From Verrucomicrobiota bacterium (lineage in GTDB: Bacteria > Verrucomicrobiota > Kiritimatiellia > JAKQHR01), in contig JAKQHR010000072.1 in assembly GCA_029557905.1 (NCBI GenBank), positions 23,109-87,108 on the forward strand: a stretch of 64,000 bases of DNA, in the 5' to 3' direction. Numbering within the stretch: position 1 is the stretch's first letter; the number at the start of each line of letters is the position of its first letter. This document shows, piece after piece, positions 50,340-60,384 of this stretch. The translations under genes and the position numbers were made by a program. The notes beneath the pieces were generated by a model. It had not been told where the DNA came from, did not search any database, and worked only from the letters and a program-made list of their open reading frames with translations.

Positions 50340-50888
50340 TCAGATGCCCCCGCGATAGCGGGCCAGAATATCCCGCACATAGCGCTGTGTGCCCGGATAG
50401 GTGATGTTGTTCCAGAATTCGCGGGAAGTCCCGTGCGGGACAGCCGCCCACCGCTTCGCGTTGGAATATCCCGCATTATAGTGCGCCAGCGCATAGGGAA
50501 TCGGATCGCTGTATATGGACCAGGTTCTAATCGCGCGGGCAAAATACCAGGTGCCCGCCCGAATGTTGATTTCAGGATTGAAGAGCTCGTGCCGCGCATG
50601 CCGTTCCCCAACCGCCTCCTCCCATTCGCGGTATGCACCCTCCCGCACCTGCATCAGACCGATCTCGCCGGCCTGGCCGGTTCGCACAGGATCAAAGCGG
50701 CTTTCCTTCCAGATAATGGCCGAAATCAGCCGTGGATCCACATTGTGCTCGCGGCCGATCTTTACAATGAGCATGTCATAGGCATGCATCTGCCGCAGGG
50801 AAAGTGTCAAACCAAGGCAGACTACTGTTGCGGCGAACACCACATTCCAATAGAGTACGGTCCATGCTTTCTTGCGCGACAGCGTCAT
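50340..50888 (-). CDS. lytic transglycosylase (SLT domain), membrane-anchored
   Basis: ISAIIWKESRFDP ... GEIGLMQV ... AHYNAG are the SLT family blocks. Confidence 0.7.
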   Translation of the reverse strand: MTLSRKKAWTVLYWNVVFAATVVCLGLTLSLRQMHAYDMLIVKIGREHNVDPRLISAIIWKESRFDPVRTGQAGEIGLMQVREGAYREWEEAVGERHARHELFNPEINIRAGTWYFARAIRTWSIYSDPIPYALAHYNAGYSNAKRWAAVPHGTSREFWNNITYPGTQRYVRDILARYRGGI

Positions 50889-50937
50889 GCCCGAAACCTA
50901 AAGGCTTTTGGCGGTGTTGTCCAGCCGGATGGTGATT

Positions 50938-51588
50938 ATGTCGGTAGAGATACTGAAAATAGCGGAGATTTTCTACAGCCTGCAGGGCGAGTCCACCTTT
51001 GCCGGACTTCCCTGTGTCTTTGTGCGTCTTTCCGGCTGCAATCTTCAGTGCACATGGTGCGACACCGCCTATGCCAATGATCATCCGGCGGAAATGTCCG
51101 TGGACGACATTATGGAGCATGTCTCCCGCTGGCCCTGCCGGCTGGTTGAGGTTACGGGCGGAGAACCCCTGCTGCAGCCGGCCGTCCACCAGCTGATAGC
51201 CGGACTCTGCAGTCAGGGGTACGAGGTCCTTCTGGAAACATCCGGAGCCGAAGACATATCCGGCGTGGATCCGCGCGTGCACCGCATCATGGATATCAAA
51301 TGTCCCGGTTCCGGAATGGGCGCGCACAACCGCGGGGAGAACCTGAGCCATCTGACCGCAAACGATCAGATCAAGATGATCATTGCCGGTCGGACCGACT
51401 ATGAGTGGGCCCGCGACCTTATCCGGGAAAAGCAGCTCGACCGCATCTGTCCCGTGCTGATGGCCCCGGCGTTCGGACGGGTGTCGAATACGGATCTTGC
51501 ACAGTGGATTCTTGAAGATCATCTTCCAGTCCGCTATCAATTGCAGCTTCACAAATACATCTGGCCGGCCGACTGGAAAGGGGTTTGA
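50938..51588 (+). CDS. queE: 7-carboxy-7-deazaguanine synthase (radical SAM)
   Basis: IFYSLQGEST...RLSGCNLQCTWCDT (CxxxCxxC) and the QueE-specific C-terminus. The start is set at MSVEIL (alternatives 50908 or 50929). Confidence 0.8.
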   Translation: MSVEILKIAEIFYSLQGESTFAGLPCVFVRLSGCNLQCTWCDTAYANDHPAEMSVDDIMEHVSRWPCRLVEVTGGEPLLQPAVHQLIAGLCSQGYEVLLETSGAEDISGVDPRVHRIMDIKCPGSGMGAHNRGENLSHLTANDQIKMIIAGRTDYEWARDLIREKQLDRICPVLMAPAFGRVSNTDLAQWILEDHLPVRYQLQLHKYIWPADWKGV

Positions 51589-52016
51589 ACCGCATGAAGA
51601 TCAGCAGAGAATTCAACTGGGAAATGGCGCACCGCCTGCGGGAGCATTCCGGCGGATGCCAGAACGTGCATGGCCATTCCTACCGCATGACCGTGGATAT
51701 CTGCGGTGAGCCCGATCCTGCGACCGGTATGGTGCTCGATTTCGCGGATCTGGGCGAAATGCTCAAGCCGCTGATTGAGGAGCTGGACCACGCATTCCTG
51801 TGCGAGGCGCGTGACGATTCCCTGATTGAATTCCTGAAAAAAGAGAAGATGAAGCACAAAATCGTTCCGTTCCGCACCACCGTCGAAAATCTCTGCGGAC
51901 ATGTGGCCAGGGCCCTGAAGCCGGGGCTGGAAGCCTGCAGCCGGCTGTCTGAATTTTCCGTAACCATCCACGAGACCGCACGAAACTCGGGGACCGTCAC
52001 CGTGAAACTCAAATGA
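51585..52016 (+). CDS. queD: 6-carboxy-5,6,7,8-tetrahydropterin synthase
   Basis: FNWEMAHRL...CQNVHGHSYRM matches the PTPS/QueD zinc-binding motif. Confidence 0.8.
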   Translation: MNRMKISREFNWEMAHRLREHSGGCQNVHGHSYRMTVDICGEPDPATGMVLDFADLGEMLKPLIEELDHAFLCEARDDSLIEFLKKEKMKHKIVPFRTTVENLCGHVARALKPGLEACSRLSEFSVTIHETARNSGTVTVKLK

Positions 52017-52708
52017 AAACAGATTCCGCAAAACCCGTTGCCGTCGTGGCGATGAGCGGAGGGCTCGACAGCTGCGTGACCGCCGCCATAGCGGCCCAGG
52101 ATTACGAGCCGGCCCTGCTCCATGTGAACTACGGCCAGCGCACCGAGGCACGCGAACTCAAGGCCTTCAACGACATCGCCGATTTCTACGGCGTAAAACG
52201 GCGGCTGGTCATCTCGCTGGATGCTCTGAAAGCCATCGGGCATTCGAGCCTGACCGATTTCCAGATGCCGGTGTCCGAAGCCAATCTGGAAAGCACCGAA
52301 GTTCCGGCCTCCTATGTCCCCTTCCGCAATGCACACATGCTGGCCACTGCCGCAAGCTGGGGGGAAGTGCTGGGGGCAAAAGCCATTTTTATCGGTGCGG
52401 TTGAGGAGGATTCCTCCGGCTATCCCGACTGCCGGGCAGCATTCTACCGCGCTTTCGAGGCCGCGATCGAGGAAGGCACAAAGCCCGAAACGCACATGCG
52501 CATCATTACTCCGGTCATCACCCTGAACAAGGCCGCTATCGTGAAAGAGGGCCTCAGGCTGGGGGCCCCGCTGCATCTGTCGTGGTCATGCTACCAGAGC
52601 GAGGACAAGGCCTGCGGCGTCTGCGACAGCTGCGCGCTGCGCCTGCGCGGCTTTCGGCAGGCCGGCGTCGAGGACCCCATCCCCTACGCCATCCGGCCGA
52701 ATTATTGA
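52013..52708 (+). CDS. queC: 7-cyano-7-deazaguanine synthase
   Basis: VVAMSGGLDSCVTA (PP-loop) and C-terminal CGVCDSCALR zinc motif. Confidence 0.85.
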   Translation: MKTDSAKPVAVVAMSGGLDSCVTAAIAAQDYEPALLHVNYGQRTEARELKAFNDIADFYGVKRRLVISLDALKAIGHSSLTDFQMPVSEANLESTEVPASYVPFRNAHMLATAASWGEVLGAKAIFIGAVEEDSSGYPDCRAAFYRAFEAAIEEGTKPETHMRIITPVITLNKAAIVKEGLRLGAPLHLSWSCYQSEDKACGVCDSCALRLRGFRQAGVEDPIPYAIRPNY

Positions 52709-52781
52709 AATCCGCCAGAAAGCATACAGGAGGGGGCGCAAGTCAGAGGGCGGCCCGGCTTTATCTTGTTCAGACACATGT

Positions 52782-53813
52782 TTATTTCCTTCCCGGATGG
52801 AAATTGGACCACAGGGCATATCCCAGCACAACCGCAAGCACAGCTGACGCAATCAGCTTGATCCAGTACGGCAACATTGCATGGGCCATGTCATGAATGT
52901 GGACATGACCCGACATGATGGCATGATCCAGCAGCAGACCGAAGGCGAGCGCCGAAACCGCCACGGTCGCCAGATAAATCAGTGCGGATTTGTTTCCCAT
53001 CATATTGCGGATGATGGCAATGGTCGCCGCGTTGGTGGCCGGACCGGTCATCAGAAACACAAACGCCGCGCCGGGCGTAATGCCCTTCATCATGAAAGCC
53101 GCCGCCACGGGAACGGAAGCGGTCGCACAGACATAAACGGGAATGCCCATCAGCATCATCACAACCATGGATAAGAATCCGGTACCCAGATATTCCGCGA
53201 AGAAATCATCGGGGATAAGCGCCGTAATCAGGGCCGCGAGCGCAAGGCCAATCACCATGTCGCGCGCAATGTGTTTCGGAATGGTGATAAAACCATGACG
53301 GAGGCCGTCCCGGATGCGATGGCGTTTTTCCTCATGAACACAGCAGGCATCATGACAGGGTTCCTGCGCCTGATCAGGTCCCGCCCCCGCCGTGACATCA
53401 ACAAGCCATCCTCCCAGGATTCCCGTCAGCAGCGCGGCAATGGGGCGAACAATGGCAAAGACAAGACCCAGCAGGCTGTAAGTCACAAAGATGCTGTCCA
53501 CGCCGGTCTGGGGAGTGGAAATCAGAAAAGCCGTGGTGGCCCCCTTCCCGGCGCCGTGTTTTCGGAGCGACGCGGATACGGGAATCACACTGCAGCTGCA
53601 AAGCGGGAGCGGAACGCCAAAAGCAGAGGCCTTGATAATCGGCCATATGCCGCGGCCGCCCAGATGCCGCTCCACCGTTGAAGCCGAGATGAACATCGAC
53701 AGGATGCCCGCGACAAAAAATCCGAACAGAAGGTACGGGGACATCTCCACAAGCACCCTCCAGAACGAATTCAGAATGTTCAGCACAGCATTCATTATTC
53801 CCTGATATTCCAT
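52782..53813 (-). CDS. predicted permease (DUF318 / ArsP-like family)
   Basis: Duplicated polytopic halves with the Cys-containing loop PLCSCSVIP typical of this family. Confidence 0.6.
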   Translation of the reverse strand: MEYQGIMNAVLNILNSFWRVLVEMSPYLLFGFFVAGILSMFISASTVERHLGGRGIWPIIKASAFGVPLPLCSCSVIPVSASLRKHGAGKGATTAFLISTPQTGVDSIFVTYSLLGLVFAIVRPIAALLTGILGGWLVDVTAGAGPDQAQEPCHDACCVHEEKRHRIRDGLRHGFITIPKHIARDMVIGLALAALITALIPDDFFAEYLGTGFLSMVVMMLMGIPVYVCATASVPVAAAFMMKGITPGAAFVFLMTGPATNAATIAIIRNMMGNKSALIYLATVAVSALAFGLLLDHAIMSGHVHIHDMAHAMLPYWIKLIASAVLAVVLGYALWSNFHPGRK

Positions 53814-53845
53814 ACATTATACAGCAGAACGTCCGATCCCGCAAA

Positions 53846-54325
53846 TCAGAGCAGATCTTTGAGCGCCGTGTCGTAAACCGAACGCGTATTGAAACCGCTG
53901 ATTTTCCGGAGCAGTTTCCCGTTCAGAAAAAGACGGACATCCGGGATGCTCTGCACTTCAGCCGCCTGTGCTTCAGCCGGATGATGATCCACATTCACCC
54001 CGACAAACAGCACGCGTTCCGACCACACACCGGCGAGATCATCAAGAACCGGCTTTAAGCTTCGGCAGGGAGGACACCAGTCGGCATAATAATCCACAAC
54101 CACGGCACGGTTGCTCTGCACAATGCCGCTGAGAGCCTCACCGCGCTGCAGCATGTAGATGTTCTCCGGAGTCCTTTGTCCGACTTCATGCCATGCAATG
54201 AAACCTCCGATCACGGCACCGATAAAGGCCGCGTTCACAGGAGCCAGCCGGAGTTTTCGCACCTTCAGGCCCGCAATGAATCCGATCAGAGCACCCAGCA
54301 CCGAAGCCGCAATCAATACCGGCAT
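53846..54325 (-). CDS. membrane-anchored thioredoxin-like protein
   Basis: Two N-terminal TM helices, then YADWCPPCR (WCxxC) thioredoxin fold. Confidence 0.6.
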   Translation of the reverse strand: MPVLIAASVLGALIGFIAGLKVRKLRLAPVNAAFIGAVIGGFIAWHEVGQRTPENIYMLQRGEALSGIVQSNRAVVVDYYADWCPPCRSLKPVLDDLAGVWSERVLFVGVNVDHHPAEAQAAEVQSIPDVRLFLNGKLLRKISGFNTRSVYDTALKDLL

Positions 54326-54328
54326 GAA

Positions 54329-54847
54329 TCAGTCCGCGGCGGGGGCCGGCGGGGGAGTGAACACGCGCGCGGCCAGTTCTCGATCCAGCATGAACATGCC
54401 CTGTTTGGAATCACCCGTGAGGCGGATTTGATCCAGGATGCCCGTGGCGTTTTCCTCTTCCTCTATCTGCTCGGTCACATACCACTGCAGGAATATCTCC
54501 GAGGCATAGTCGCCCTCTTCACGAGTAAGCTTCATCAGGCTGTTAATACGGGAAGTCACAAAACGCTCGTGCTCCAGCGTCTGCTCGAAAAGGGCCTTGA
54601 TCTCTGTCCCCTTCAATTCGGGCTTGTCCACGGCCTCCATCACAGGCAGAGCACCCTGACTGCACAGATATTTAAAGAACTTGTCGGCATGAGTCAGTTC
54701 CTCCAGGGCCTGGATGTGGAACCAGTTCGCACATCCCTTGAAACCCTGCGCCTCGGCCTGAGCCGCCATCGCGTAATACAGATAGCTGGAATATATTTCC
54801 TTGTTGATCTGATCGTTAATCGCTTTTGCCAGTTTTTCGGATATCAT
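54329..54847 (-). CDS. ferritin (non-haem, Ftn type)
   Basis: KEIYSSYLYYAMAA...EELTHADKF...EHERF ferroxidase-centre residues. Confidence 0.85.
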   Translation of the reverse strand: MISEKLAKAINDQINKEIYSSYLYYAMAAQAEAQGFKGCANWFHIQALEELTHADKFFKYLCSQGALPVMEAVDKPELKGTEIKALFEQTLEHERFVTSRINSLMKLTREEGDYASEIFLQWYVTEQIEEEENATGILDQIRLTGDSKQGMFMLDRELAARVFTPPPAPAAD

Positions 54848-54922
54848 TTTTTCTCCTGCTGCTGATTAGAGATGAAGCCGGGGGCCTGTGACGGCCCCCG
54901 GCTTTCTGTGATCATACGGACC

Positions 54923-55300
54923 TCAGGACTTCCAGAGACCGTGTACGTTGCAGTACTCGCGCGCGGACACGTCTTTGGCGCTGATTCCGTCAAACACGGC
55001 CACAGGCTGGTCGCCGGGCTTCAGGAATTTGCGGCCCACCTTGTCGTCAAACTGAATCTCAATCCACTCAATGTAATGCTCCGGCAGCATCGGGTGCAGT
55101 GTGCTTCCCACGGTGACCTTGTATCCGGTATCTGTTTTCTCGATCACGGGAACATGTTTTTCCGTGGTCTTGTCGGCGGTCTTCTCTTCGAGCCGCTTCA
55201 TCGGCTCGCCGCAGCACACGAGTTCGCCGTCTCCGGCATGCAGAACACTGACGATGTTTCCGCACATTTCACATTTGTAGATTTCAAGACGCTTTGTCAT
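54923..55300 (-). CDS. dfx: desulfoferrodoxin (2Fe superoxide reductase)
   Basis: N-terminal desulforedoxin CEMCGN...VCCGEPM and C-terminal SOR centre (EKHVPV ... H ... C). Confidence 0.85.
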   Translation of the reverse strand: MTKRLEIYKCEMCGNIVSVLHAGDGELVCCGEPMKRLEEKTADKTTEKHVPVIEKTDTGYKVTVGSTLHPMLPEHYIEWIEIQFDDKVGRKFLKPGDQPVAVFDGISAKDVSAREYCNVHGLWKS

Positions 55301-55323
55301 GGGCTTCTCCTTATGTTGTTCGA

Positions 55324-55896
55324 TTACCAGTTTTCCGCCAGCAGTTCAAAGTGAGCCTGAGGATGAGCGCAGGCCGGGCACACGGTCACCGCCTCTTTGC
55401 CGGTGTGAATATAGCCGCAGTTCATGCAGCGCCAGACCACTTCCTTGTCCTTCTTAAACACCTTCTGGGCATCCACATTAGCCTTCAGGTCGAGATAACG
55501 TTTTTCGTGCTGCTTTTCCGCAACCGCGATGGCTTCAAAGACTTTCGCTATCTCGGGGAATCCTTCTTTGCGCGCGGTTTCCGCAAACGAGGGATACATT
55601 TCAGTCCACTCGTAGTGTTCTCCCGCGGCGCCATGCTCAAGATTTACAGAAGTGGATGCAATGGTGCCGGCCGGGAAAGAGGCCGTGATTTCCAGTTCGC
55701 CGCCCTTCAGAAACTTGTAGAGGCGCTTGGCATGCTCTTTTTCCTGATTTGCTGTTTCCTCGAAAATCTCCGAAATCTGACGGAAACCTTCTTTCTTCGC
55801 CGCCCCGGCATAGTAGGTGTAGCGGTTGCGGGCCTGGGATTCCCCCGCAAACGCGGTCAAAAGGTTTTTCTCGGTTTGACTGCCTTTCAATTCCAT
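55324..55896 (-). CDS. rbr: rubrerythrin
   Basis: Di-iron ferritin-like domain (ExxH x2) plus C-terminal rubredoxin-like CMNCGY...CPACAHP. Confidence 0.9.
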   Translation of the reverse strand: MELKGSQTEKNLLTAFAGESQARNRYTYYAGAAKKEGFRQISEIFEETANQEKEHAKRLYKFLKGGELEITASFPAGTIASTSVNLEHGAAGEHYEWTEMYPSFAETARKEGFPEIAKVFEAIAVAEKQHEKRYLDLKANVDAQKVFKKDKEVVWRCMNCGYIHTGKEAVTVCPACAHPQAHFELLAENW

Positions 55897-55912
55897 TTTT
55901 CCTGTCTCCTGA

Positions 55913-57058
55913 TTACAGTTTTTTTCCTATCATTTTTTCATATTTCCTGAAATCCACGGAGGATCCCGCCATCTGGATTCCAATCAGTATCCCCGCTTTC
56001 ACAAGAAGAGCTCTGTGAATTTCAGCACTATTCTCTAAAACTACCTCATCTGCGCCGTTTTCGCAAGCCGGACCGATGGAATTTAAGGAGAACCCCTCAT
56101 ACGTATAGGATACGGGAACATCTGCCGATTTATGCTCAGCCATCGCTCCGCCCTGCGCGGCAGCCAACGCGTTGGCCGCCGCCAGTTTGCCCTGCATGAC
56201 CGCCTCATAAACAGAAAAATGCGGACAGGGCGGCCATTCCACAATGTCGCCCCCGGCAAAAACCGACGGATCCGAAGTCTGCATGCCGGCCGTCACGAGA
56301 ATGCCGGCGCCGCATTTGAGACCGGCCGTGCGCGGCAGGGAAGTGTCCCGCCGCGCGCCCACCGCAAGGATAACCATGTCGGCCCGATCCGAGTCCCCGG
56401 AGTCCATCTGCAAGTGGAAATCACCGGCAGGCGCTTTCTTCAGCGAGCTCACGCATGTGCCCAGACAAAGCCTGACCCCCATGCCCCTGAGGGAATTTTC
56501 AACAACGACCGAAGCCTCCGTTCCAAAATTGGATTCCATCAGATGTCCCAGCCGCTCCACGAGAACAACCTGCAGTCCCGCCAGAACGGCGCGATGGGCC
56601 ACCTCCACCCCGAGAATGCCCCCGCCTACGACCGCCAGTCTCTTCCCGGGAGAAAGCAGGCGCCGTATATCTTCGGCATGGCCCAGATGCCAGAGCGGAT
56701 GGATGTGCTCCAGCGCATGACGGGCAAAAGGCGGCACGGCGGGAAGAGACCCTGTTGCGAATATCAGTGCATCGTATTTTTCCGTTCCGAGTTTGGATGT
56801 CAGGCTGCGCGCGGAGAGATCACAGCTTGTGACGGGTGTATTCAGGAGAAGCGCTATCCCGCGCGATTCATACCACGCCGCATCATGCATGGTGATCTCT
56901 GAAAGAGACGACTGACCAAAGGCATAGCCCACCAGCTTGGGCCGGTAATAGGGCAAAACCGGTTCCGCGGAATACAGATGAACTTCTGCCCCCTGCGCGG
57001 AAGCCGTTTCTGCAGCTTTCACTCCGGCATGGCCCGCGCCTATAATGCCCACTCTCAT
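55913..57058 (-). CDS. FAD-dependent NAD(P)H:rubredoxin / disulfide-family oxidoreductase
   Basis: GIIGAGHAG (FAD) and a second Rossmann fold ([10 protein letters not shown]). Pyridine nucleotide-disulfide oxidoreductase fold without the CxxxxC redox centre. Its position in a rubredoxin/rubrerythrin cluster supports a rubredoxin reductase role. Confidence 0.65.
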   Translation of the reverse strand: MRVGIIGAGHAGVKAAETASAQGAEVHLYSAEPVLPYYRPKLVGYAFGQSSLSEITMHDAAWYESRGIALLLNTPVTSCDLSARSLTSKLGTEKYDALIFATGSLPAVPPFARHALEHIHPLWHLGHAEDIRRLLSPGKRLAVVGGGILGVEVAHRAVLAGLQVVLVERLGHLMESNFGTEASVVVENSLRGMGVRLCLGTCVSSLKKAPAGDFHLQMDSGDSDRADMVILAVGARRDTSLPRTAGLKCGAGILVTAGMQTSDPSVFAGGDIVEWPPCPHFSVYEAVMQGKLAAANALAAAQGGAMAEHKSADVPVSYTYEGFSLNSIGPACENGADEVVLENSAEIHRALLVKAGILIGIQMAGSSVDFRKYEKMIGKKL

Positions 57059-58653
57059 TCAGTCACCGCCTTTCGAATCAGGGGAATGGCGCGGGGGCTG
57101 CAGCTCACCGAGCGGATGCCGCAGGCCATCAGCTTTTTAACCATGTCCGGCATGCCGGCCAGTTCGCCGCAGACAGACAGAGGTCTGTTCTTTTTGCGCG
57201 CCGCGGAAGCCAGGGTTCTCATCAGTGCCCAGAACACGGGATGATCCGAGCTGTAATCATCCGCAACCAGCGCGTTGTCACGATCCACTGCGAAAAGATA
57301 CTGGGTGAGATCATTCGTCCCCACGCTTGCGAACTCGGCTTCGCGGAATATTTCATCGGCCTGAATGGCTGCGGAAGGGACTTCAAACATCACGCCGAAT
57401 TCAACAGTTCCCGTGCGGATATCAGCCGCATACTCCTTAAAAGCGTCGCGCAGCCTGCAGAACTGCTGGACATCCACGACCATGGGAAACATCACGCGGA
57501 CCGGGCCGGCCTGTGATGCCCGCGCAATGGCGCGCGCCTGATCGCGAAACAGGTCCGGATAGCGCAGCAGCAGGCGGCTTCCCCGCAGCCCCAGTGCAGG
57601 ATTTTCCTCCTGCGGGATTCTCAGCTCCGGCAGAGGCTTGTCCCCTCCGGCATCAAGCATCCGAAACGTGGTGACGCGCCCGTTCATGGCTTCGACCACG
57701 GACGTGTATCGGGCGCACTGCTCCTCTTCCCGCAGGATCTCTCCGGAAGAAATAAACTCGAATTCCGTCCGGTAGAGCCCGATCCCCTCGGCCCTCATTT
57801 CACAGGCCTCGCCCGCTTCCCCGCACAGCGTGATATTCGCCAGAACCTTCAGCTGCGGGACAGGATCCATTGCTTCCGCCCGGCGGGCACGGCCGATGGC
57901 GCAGGAACAGGCCGCCAGAGTCTCCGGCGCGGGGGATATGATCACCTCGCCGGTGTCTCCGTTAACCAGTATGTCGGTTCCGCAGGCGACCGAGCTGTGT
58001 ATGTTCCGGATTCCGCTGACCGCGGGAATGCCGAGAGCACGCGCCAGAATGGCCGCGTGCGAATTGATCCCGCCGCGCTCGGTCACGAAGGCCAGCACTT
58101 CATCCGTGTTCATGCTGATGGTCAGGCTGGGCGTCAGTTCCTCGGCGACCACAACGCGGTTTCTGCCCCGCCGGCAGCGGCCGGCACAGCTCAGGCCGGG
58201 AACTGTATTAGCCAGATTGTTGAGCAGCCGCCGGCGGATTTCACCGACATCCGATGCCCGCTCGCGGATGTACTCGTCATCCAGTGCGCCCAGCCTGGAT
58301 TCATATGCATCCAGCACACGATGGATGGCATGTTCCGCGTTGCTCAGTTCCGCACGGATATGCTCCCGCATCTCCCTTGATATCTGCGGATCCTCGACAA
58401 TCATTTTCTGAGCGCTGAATATACCGGCTTCCGCCGTACCCATGCGCTCATGAACATGGGTGCGGATATCCTCGAGCTGCCGGGTTGTGATCTGCAGCGC
58501 TTCCTCCAGGCGGAGAATTTCATCGTCGATCCGGGAGGGTTCGATGGCGTAGGCCGGAACTTCCTGATGACGATGATCATCAAATAGACAAACGCGCCCA
58601 AGCGCCATTCCTCCGCTTAGCGGAAGCCCCTGAGCGCGTCTCTCCAGGCTCAT
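57055..58653 (-). CDS. phosphoenolpyruvate-protein phosphotransferase (PTS enzyme I family)
   Basis: GGINSHAAILARALGIPAV (phospho-His domain) and C-terminal PEP-utilising TIM barrel (GTNDLTQY, CGE). Confidence 0.7.
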   Translation of the reverse strand: MSLERRAQGLPLSGGMALGRVCLFDDHRHQEVPAYAIEPSRIDDEILRLEEALQITTRQLEDIRTHVHERMGTAEAGIFSAQKMIVEDPQISREMREHIRAELSNAEHAIHRVLDAYESRLGALDDEYIRERASDVGEIRRRLLNNLANTVPGLSCAGRCRRGRNRVVVAEELTPSLTISMNTDEVLAFVTERGGINSHAAILARALGIPAVSGIRNIHSSVACGTDILVNGDTGEVIISPAPETLAACSCAIGRARRAEAMDPVPQLKVLANITLCGEAGEACEMRAEGIGLYRTEFEFISSGEILREEEQCARYTSVVEAMNGRVTTFRMLDAGGDKPLPELRIPQEENPALGLRGSRLLLRYPDLFRDQARAIARASQAGPVRVMFPMVVDVQQFCRLRDAFKEYAADIRTGTVEFGVMFEVPSAAIQADEIFREAEFASVGTNDLTQYLFAVDRDNALVADDYSSDHPVFWALMRTLASAARKKNRPLSVCGELAGMPDMVKKLMACGIRSVSCSPRAIPLIRKAVTE

Positions 58654-58668
58654 TATTTCACATCCCGT

Positions 58669-58830
58669 TCAGTCGGCCGGCTCAAAATCGCTCTTGGGAA
58701 CGCCGCATTCAGGACAGACCCAGGTGTCGGGAATGTCTTCAAACGCTGTGCCGGGAGCAACCCCGTTATCGGGATCTCCGGCCGCCGGGTCATAAATGTA
58801 GCCGCACACGGTGCAAACATACTTCTGCAT
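58669..58830 (-). CDS. rubredoxin (53 aa); absent from the ORF track because it is under 60 aa
   Basis: Reverse-strand translation [53 protein letters not shown] shows two CxxCG knuckles and the conserved YxYDP and W residues. The ORF 58653..58904 listed in the track is in a different frame. Confidence 0.8.
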   Translation of the reverse strand: MQKYVCTVCGYIYDPAAGDPDNGVAPGTAFEDIPDTWVCPECGVPKSDFEPAD

Positions 58831-58906
58831 TTCACATACTCCTGTTTGGTTTGTTCATCCAAGACCTGTCTCTGCCATAGTAGCCGCGCGGCCGGAGAGT
58901 GCAAGC

Positions 58907-59263
58907 TTATCCTTCGTCTGAAGCCGCCGACGGCTGGCGGATCATGATCAGCAGCATCTTGAACCGCTTTTCGGCCCAGAGAGAATGAGGCACATCCGCC
59001 GGCATGATCACCATTTGGCCGGACCGGGCAGTTAGAGGGCTCCCCCCTATATTGATCACCGCTTCTCCGTCCAGTATCTGAACAGCCGCATCATAGGGGG
59101 ATGTGTGCTCGCTCAGCCCCTGTCCCGCATCGAAGGCAAACAGAGTGAGAGACCCCACCGGCTTGTTCATCAGAGTCTTGCTGACAACCGAACCGGAGGC
59201 ATAGGCGACCTCCTGCACCAGATCGAGCGGCCGGCCTTTGTAATCCGTGCCGCCCATGATCAC
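58907..59263 (-). CDS. cupin-domain protein
   Basis: Small beta-barrel pattern (GLSEHTSPYDAAVQILDGEAVINIGG...GQMVIMPADVPHSL) typical of RmlC-like cupins. Confidence 0.55.
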   Translation of the reverse strand: MIMGGTDYKGRPLDLVQEVAYASGSVVSKTLMNKPVGSLTLFAFDAGQGLSEHTSPYDAAVQILDGEAVINIGGSPLTARSGQMVIMPADVPHSLWAEKRFKMLLIMIRQPSAASDEG

Positions 59264-59547
59264 TCAGCGGGAGCGGCCGCTTCTTCAGGAGCAGGCGGGG
59301 CATCGGGAAGTTTCGGGGCACAACCGGCCTTCTTCATCATGCAGCATCCGGCTGCTTTATCCCCTGACTTCTTCATCGCTTTGCAGGCCGCCGCTTCCTC
59401 CCCGGACGTCATCGCCTTGCAGGCGGCAGCTTCATCGCCGGACTCTTTTGCCTTTTCCGCCTTTTCGGCGCAGCAGGGTCCGCCCGCATAGGAAACAAAC
59501 GCCGCAGCCGTGACCGCCATTATCGCAACCATCAATTTAAACTTCAT
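59260..59547 (-). CDS. small secreted Cys-rich repeat protein (possible metal-binding)
   Basis: Signal peptide MKFKLMVAIMAVTAAAFVSYA, then CC AEKAEKAKESGDEAAACKAM / TSGEEAAACKAM / KKSGDKAAGCCMM repeats. The underlying DNA has about 36-bp tandem repeats at 59375-59450. The start is set at the internal Met of ORF 59260..59607. Confidence 0.45.
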   Translation of the reverse strand: MKFKLMVAIMAVTAAAFVSYAGGPCCAEKAEKAKESGDEAAACKAMTSGEEAAACKAMKKSGDKAAGCCMMKKAGCAPKLPDAPPAPEEAAAPAE

Positions 59548-59603
59548 CACACAATCCTTTCTTCCCTTGTGGGAGGGTAAGCATACGCGCAATCCGGGAG
59601 AAT

Positions 59604-60383
59604 TCAAATCGCCTTCTGCGAAAGAACATCTCCGGTCAGACTCATGACCGCCTCTTCAATGACCAGATCTCTGCGGCCGCATCTTTCCGCGGCAGCCCGA
59701 ACCATCATGGTGAGCCCCCCGCAGCAGGGCACCTGCATCCGGACCACAATCACTTTGGGGATGGTGGGCTCTGAAAATATGTCGGCCATTTTTTCGACAT
59801 ATCCCTCCGTGCGGTCCAGTTTGGGGCAGGCCACAACGATCCCCCTGCCCCGGAGGAAACGCCAGTGTATGTCCGCCGAAGCGATCGGCCCGCAGGTGCT
59901 CATCACCACCAGTTCCCGGTTTTTGAAGAACGGCGCGCCGGGCTGCACCAGATGAAGCTGAACAGGCCACTGCTGCAGTTCCGACGGGATGGCCGTCGGC
60001 ATTTGCGCATTTGCGGCAACGGCCTGCTTCGCGGCCGGGGCTTCCGGCACACGCATGCGCATGCCGGGACAACCGCCGGACGGAGCCAGCCCATGCTTCT
60101 TCCCGGCCTCATCAAAGCGGGCCACGGCAGCAGGGCCCTCGGTTGCCGCCACATGTTCGCGGGTGGCGGCGAAGTCGAAGGCGTCCGCCTCGCGCTCTTC
60201 AATGGTCAGAGCTCCGGTCGGACACTCTCCAATGCAGTCTCCGAATCCGTCGCAGAACTGCTCCTTGACCAGCTTCGCCTTGCCGTTGACGATCTTCAAT
60301 GCGCCCTCTGCGCAGGATGTGACACATTCGCCGCATCCGTTGCAGAGGTCCTCATTGATCCTGATAATCTTTCGCTTCGCCAT
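59604..60383 (-). CDS. 4Fe-4S ferredoxin-domain protein, probable electron-transfer partner of Hcp
   Basis: N-terminal double CxxCxxCxxxC (CNGCGECVTSC ... CDGFGDCIGEC). C-terminal extension of unknown function. Its ATG abuts the hcp stop. Confidence 0.6.
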   Translation of the reverse strand: MAKRKIIRINEDLCNGCGECVTSCAEGALKIVNGKAKLVKEQFCDGFGDCIGECPTGALTIEEREADAFDFAATREHVAATEGPAAVARFDEAGKKHGLAPSGGCPGMRMRVPEAPAAKQAVAANAQMPTAIPSELQQWPVQLHLVQPGAPFFKNRELVVMSTCGPIASADIHWRFLRGRGIVVACPKLDRTEGYVEKMADIFSEPTIPKVIVVRMQVPCCGGLTMMVRAAAERCGRRDLVIEEAVMSLTGDVLSQKAI

Positions 60384-60384
60384 A

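Noticed and set aside
58653-58904. 83-aa minus-strand ORF from the track
   Set aside because: Wrong frame. The rubredoxin gene (58669..58830) occupies the same DNA in another frame with unmistakable motifs.
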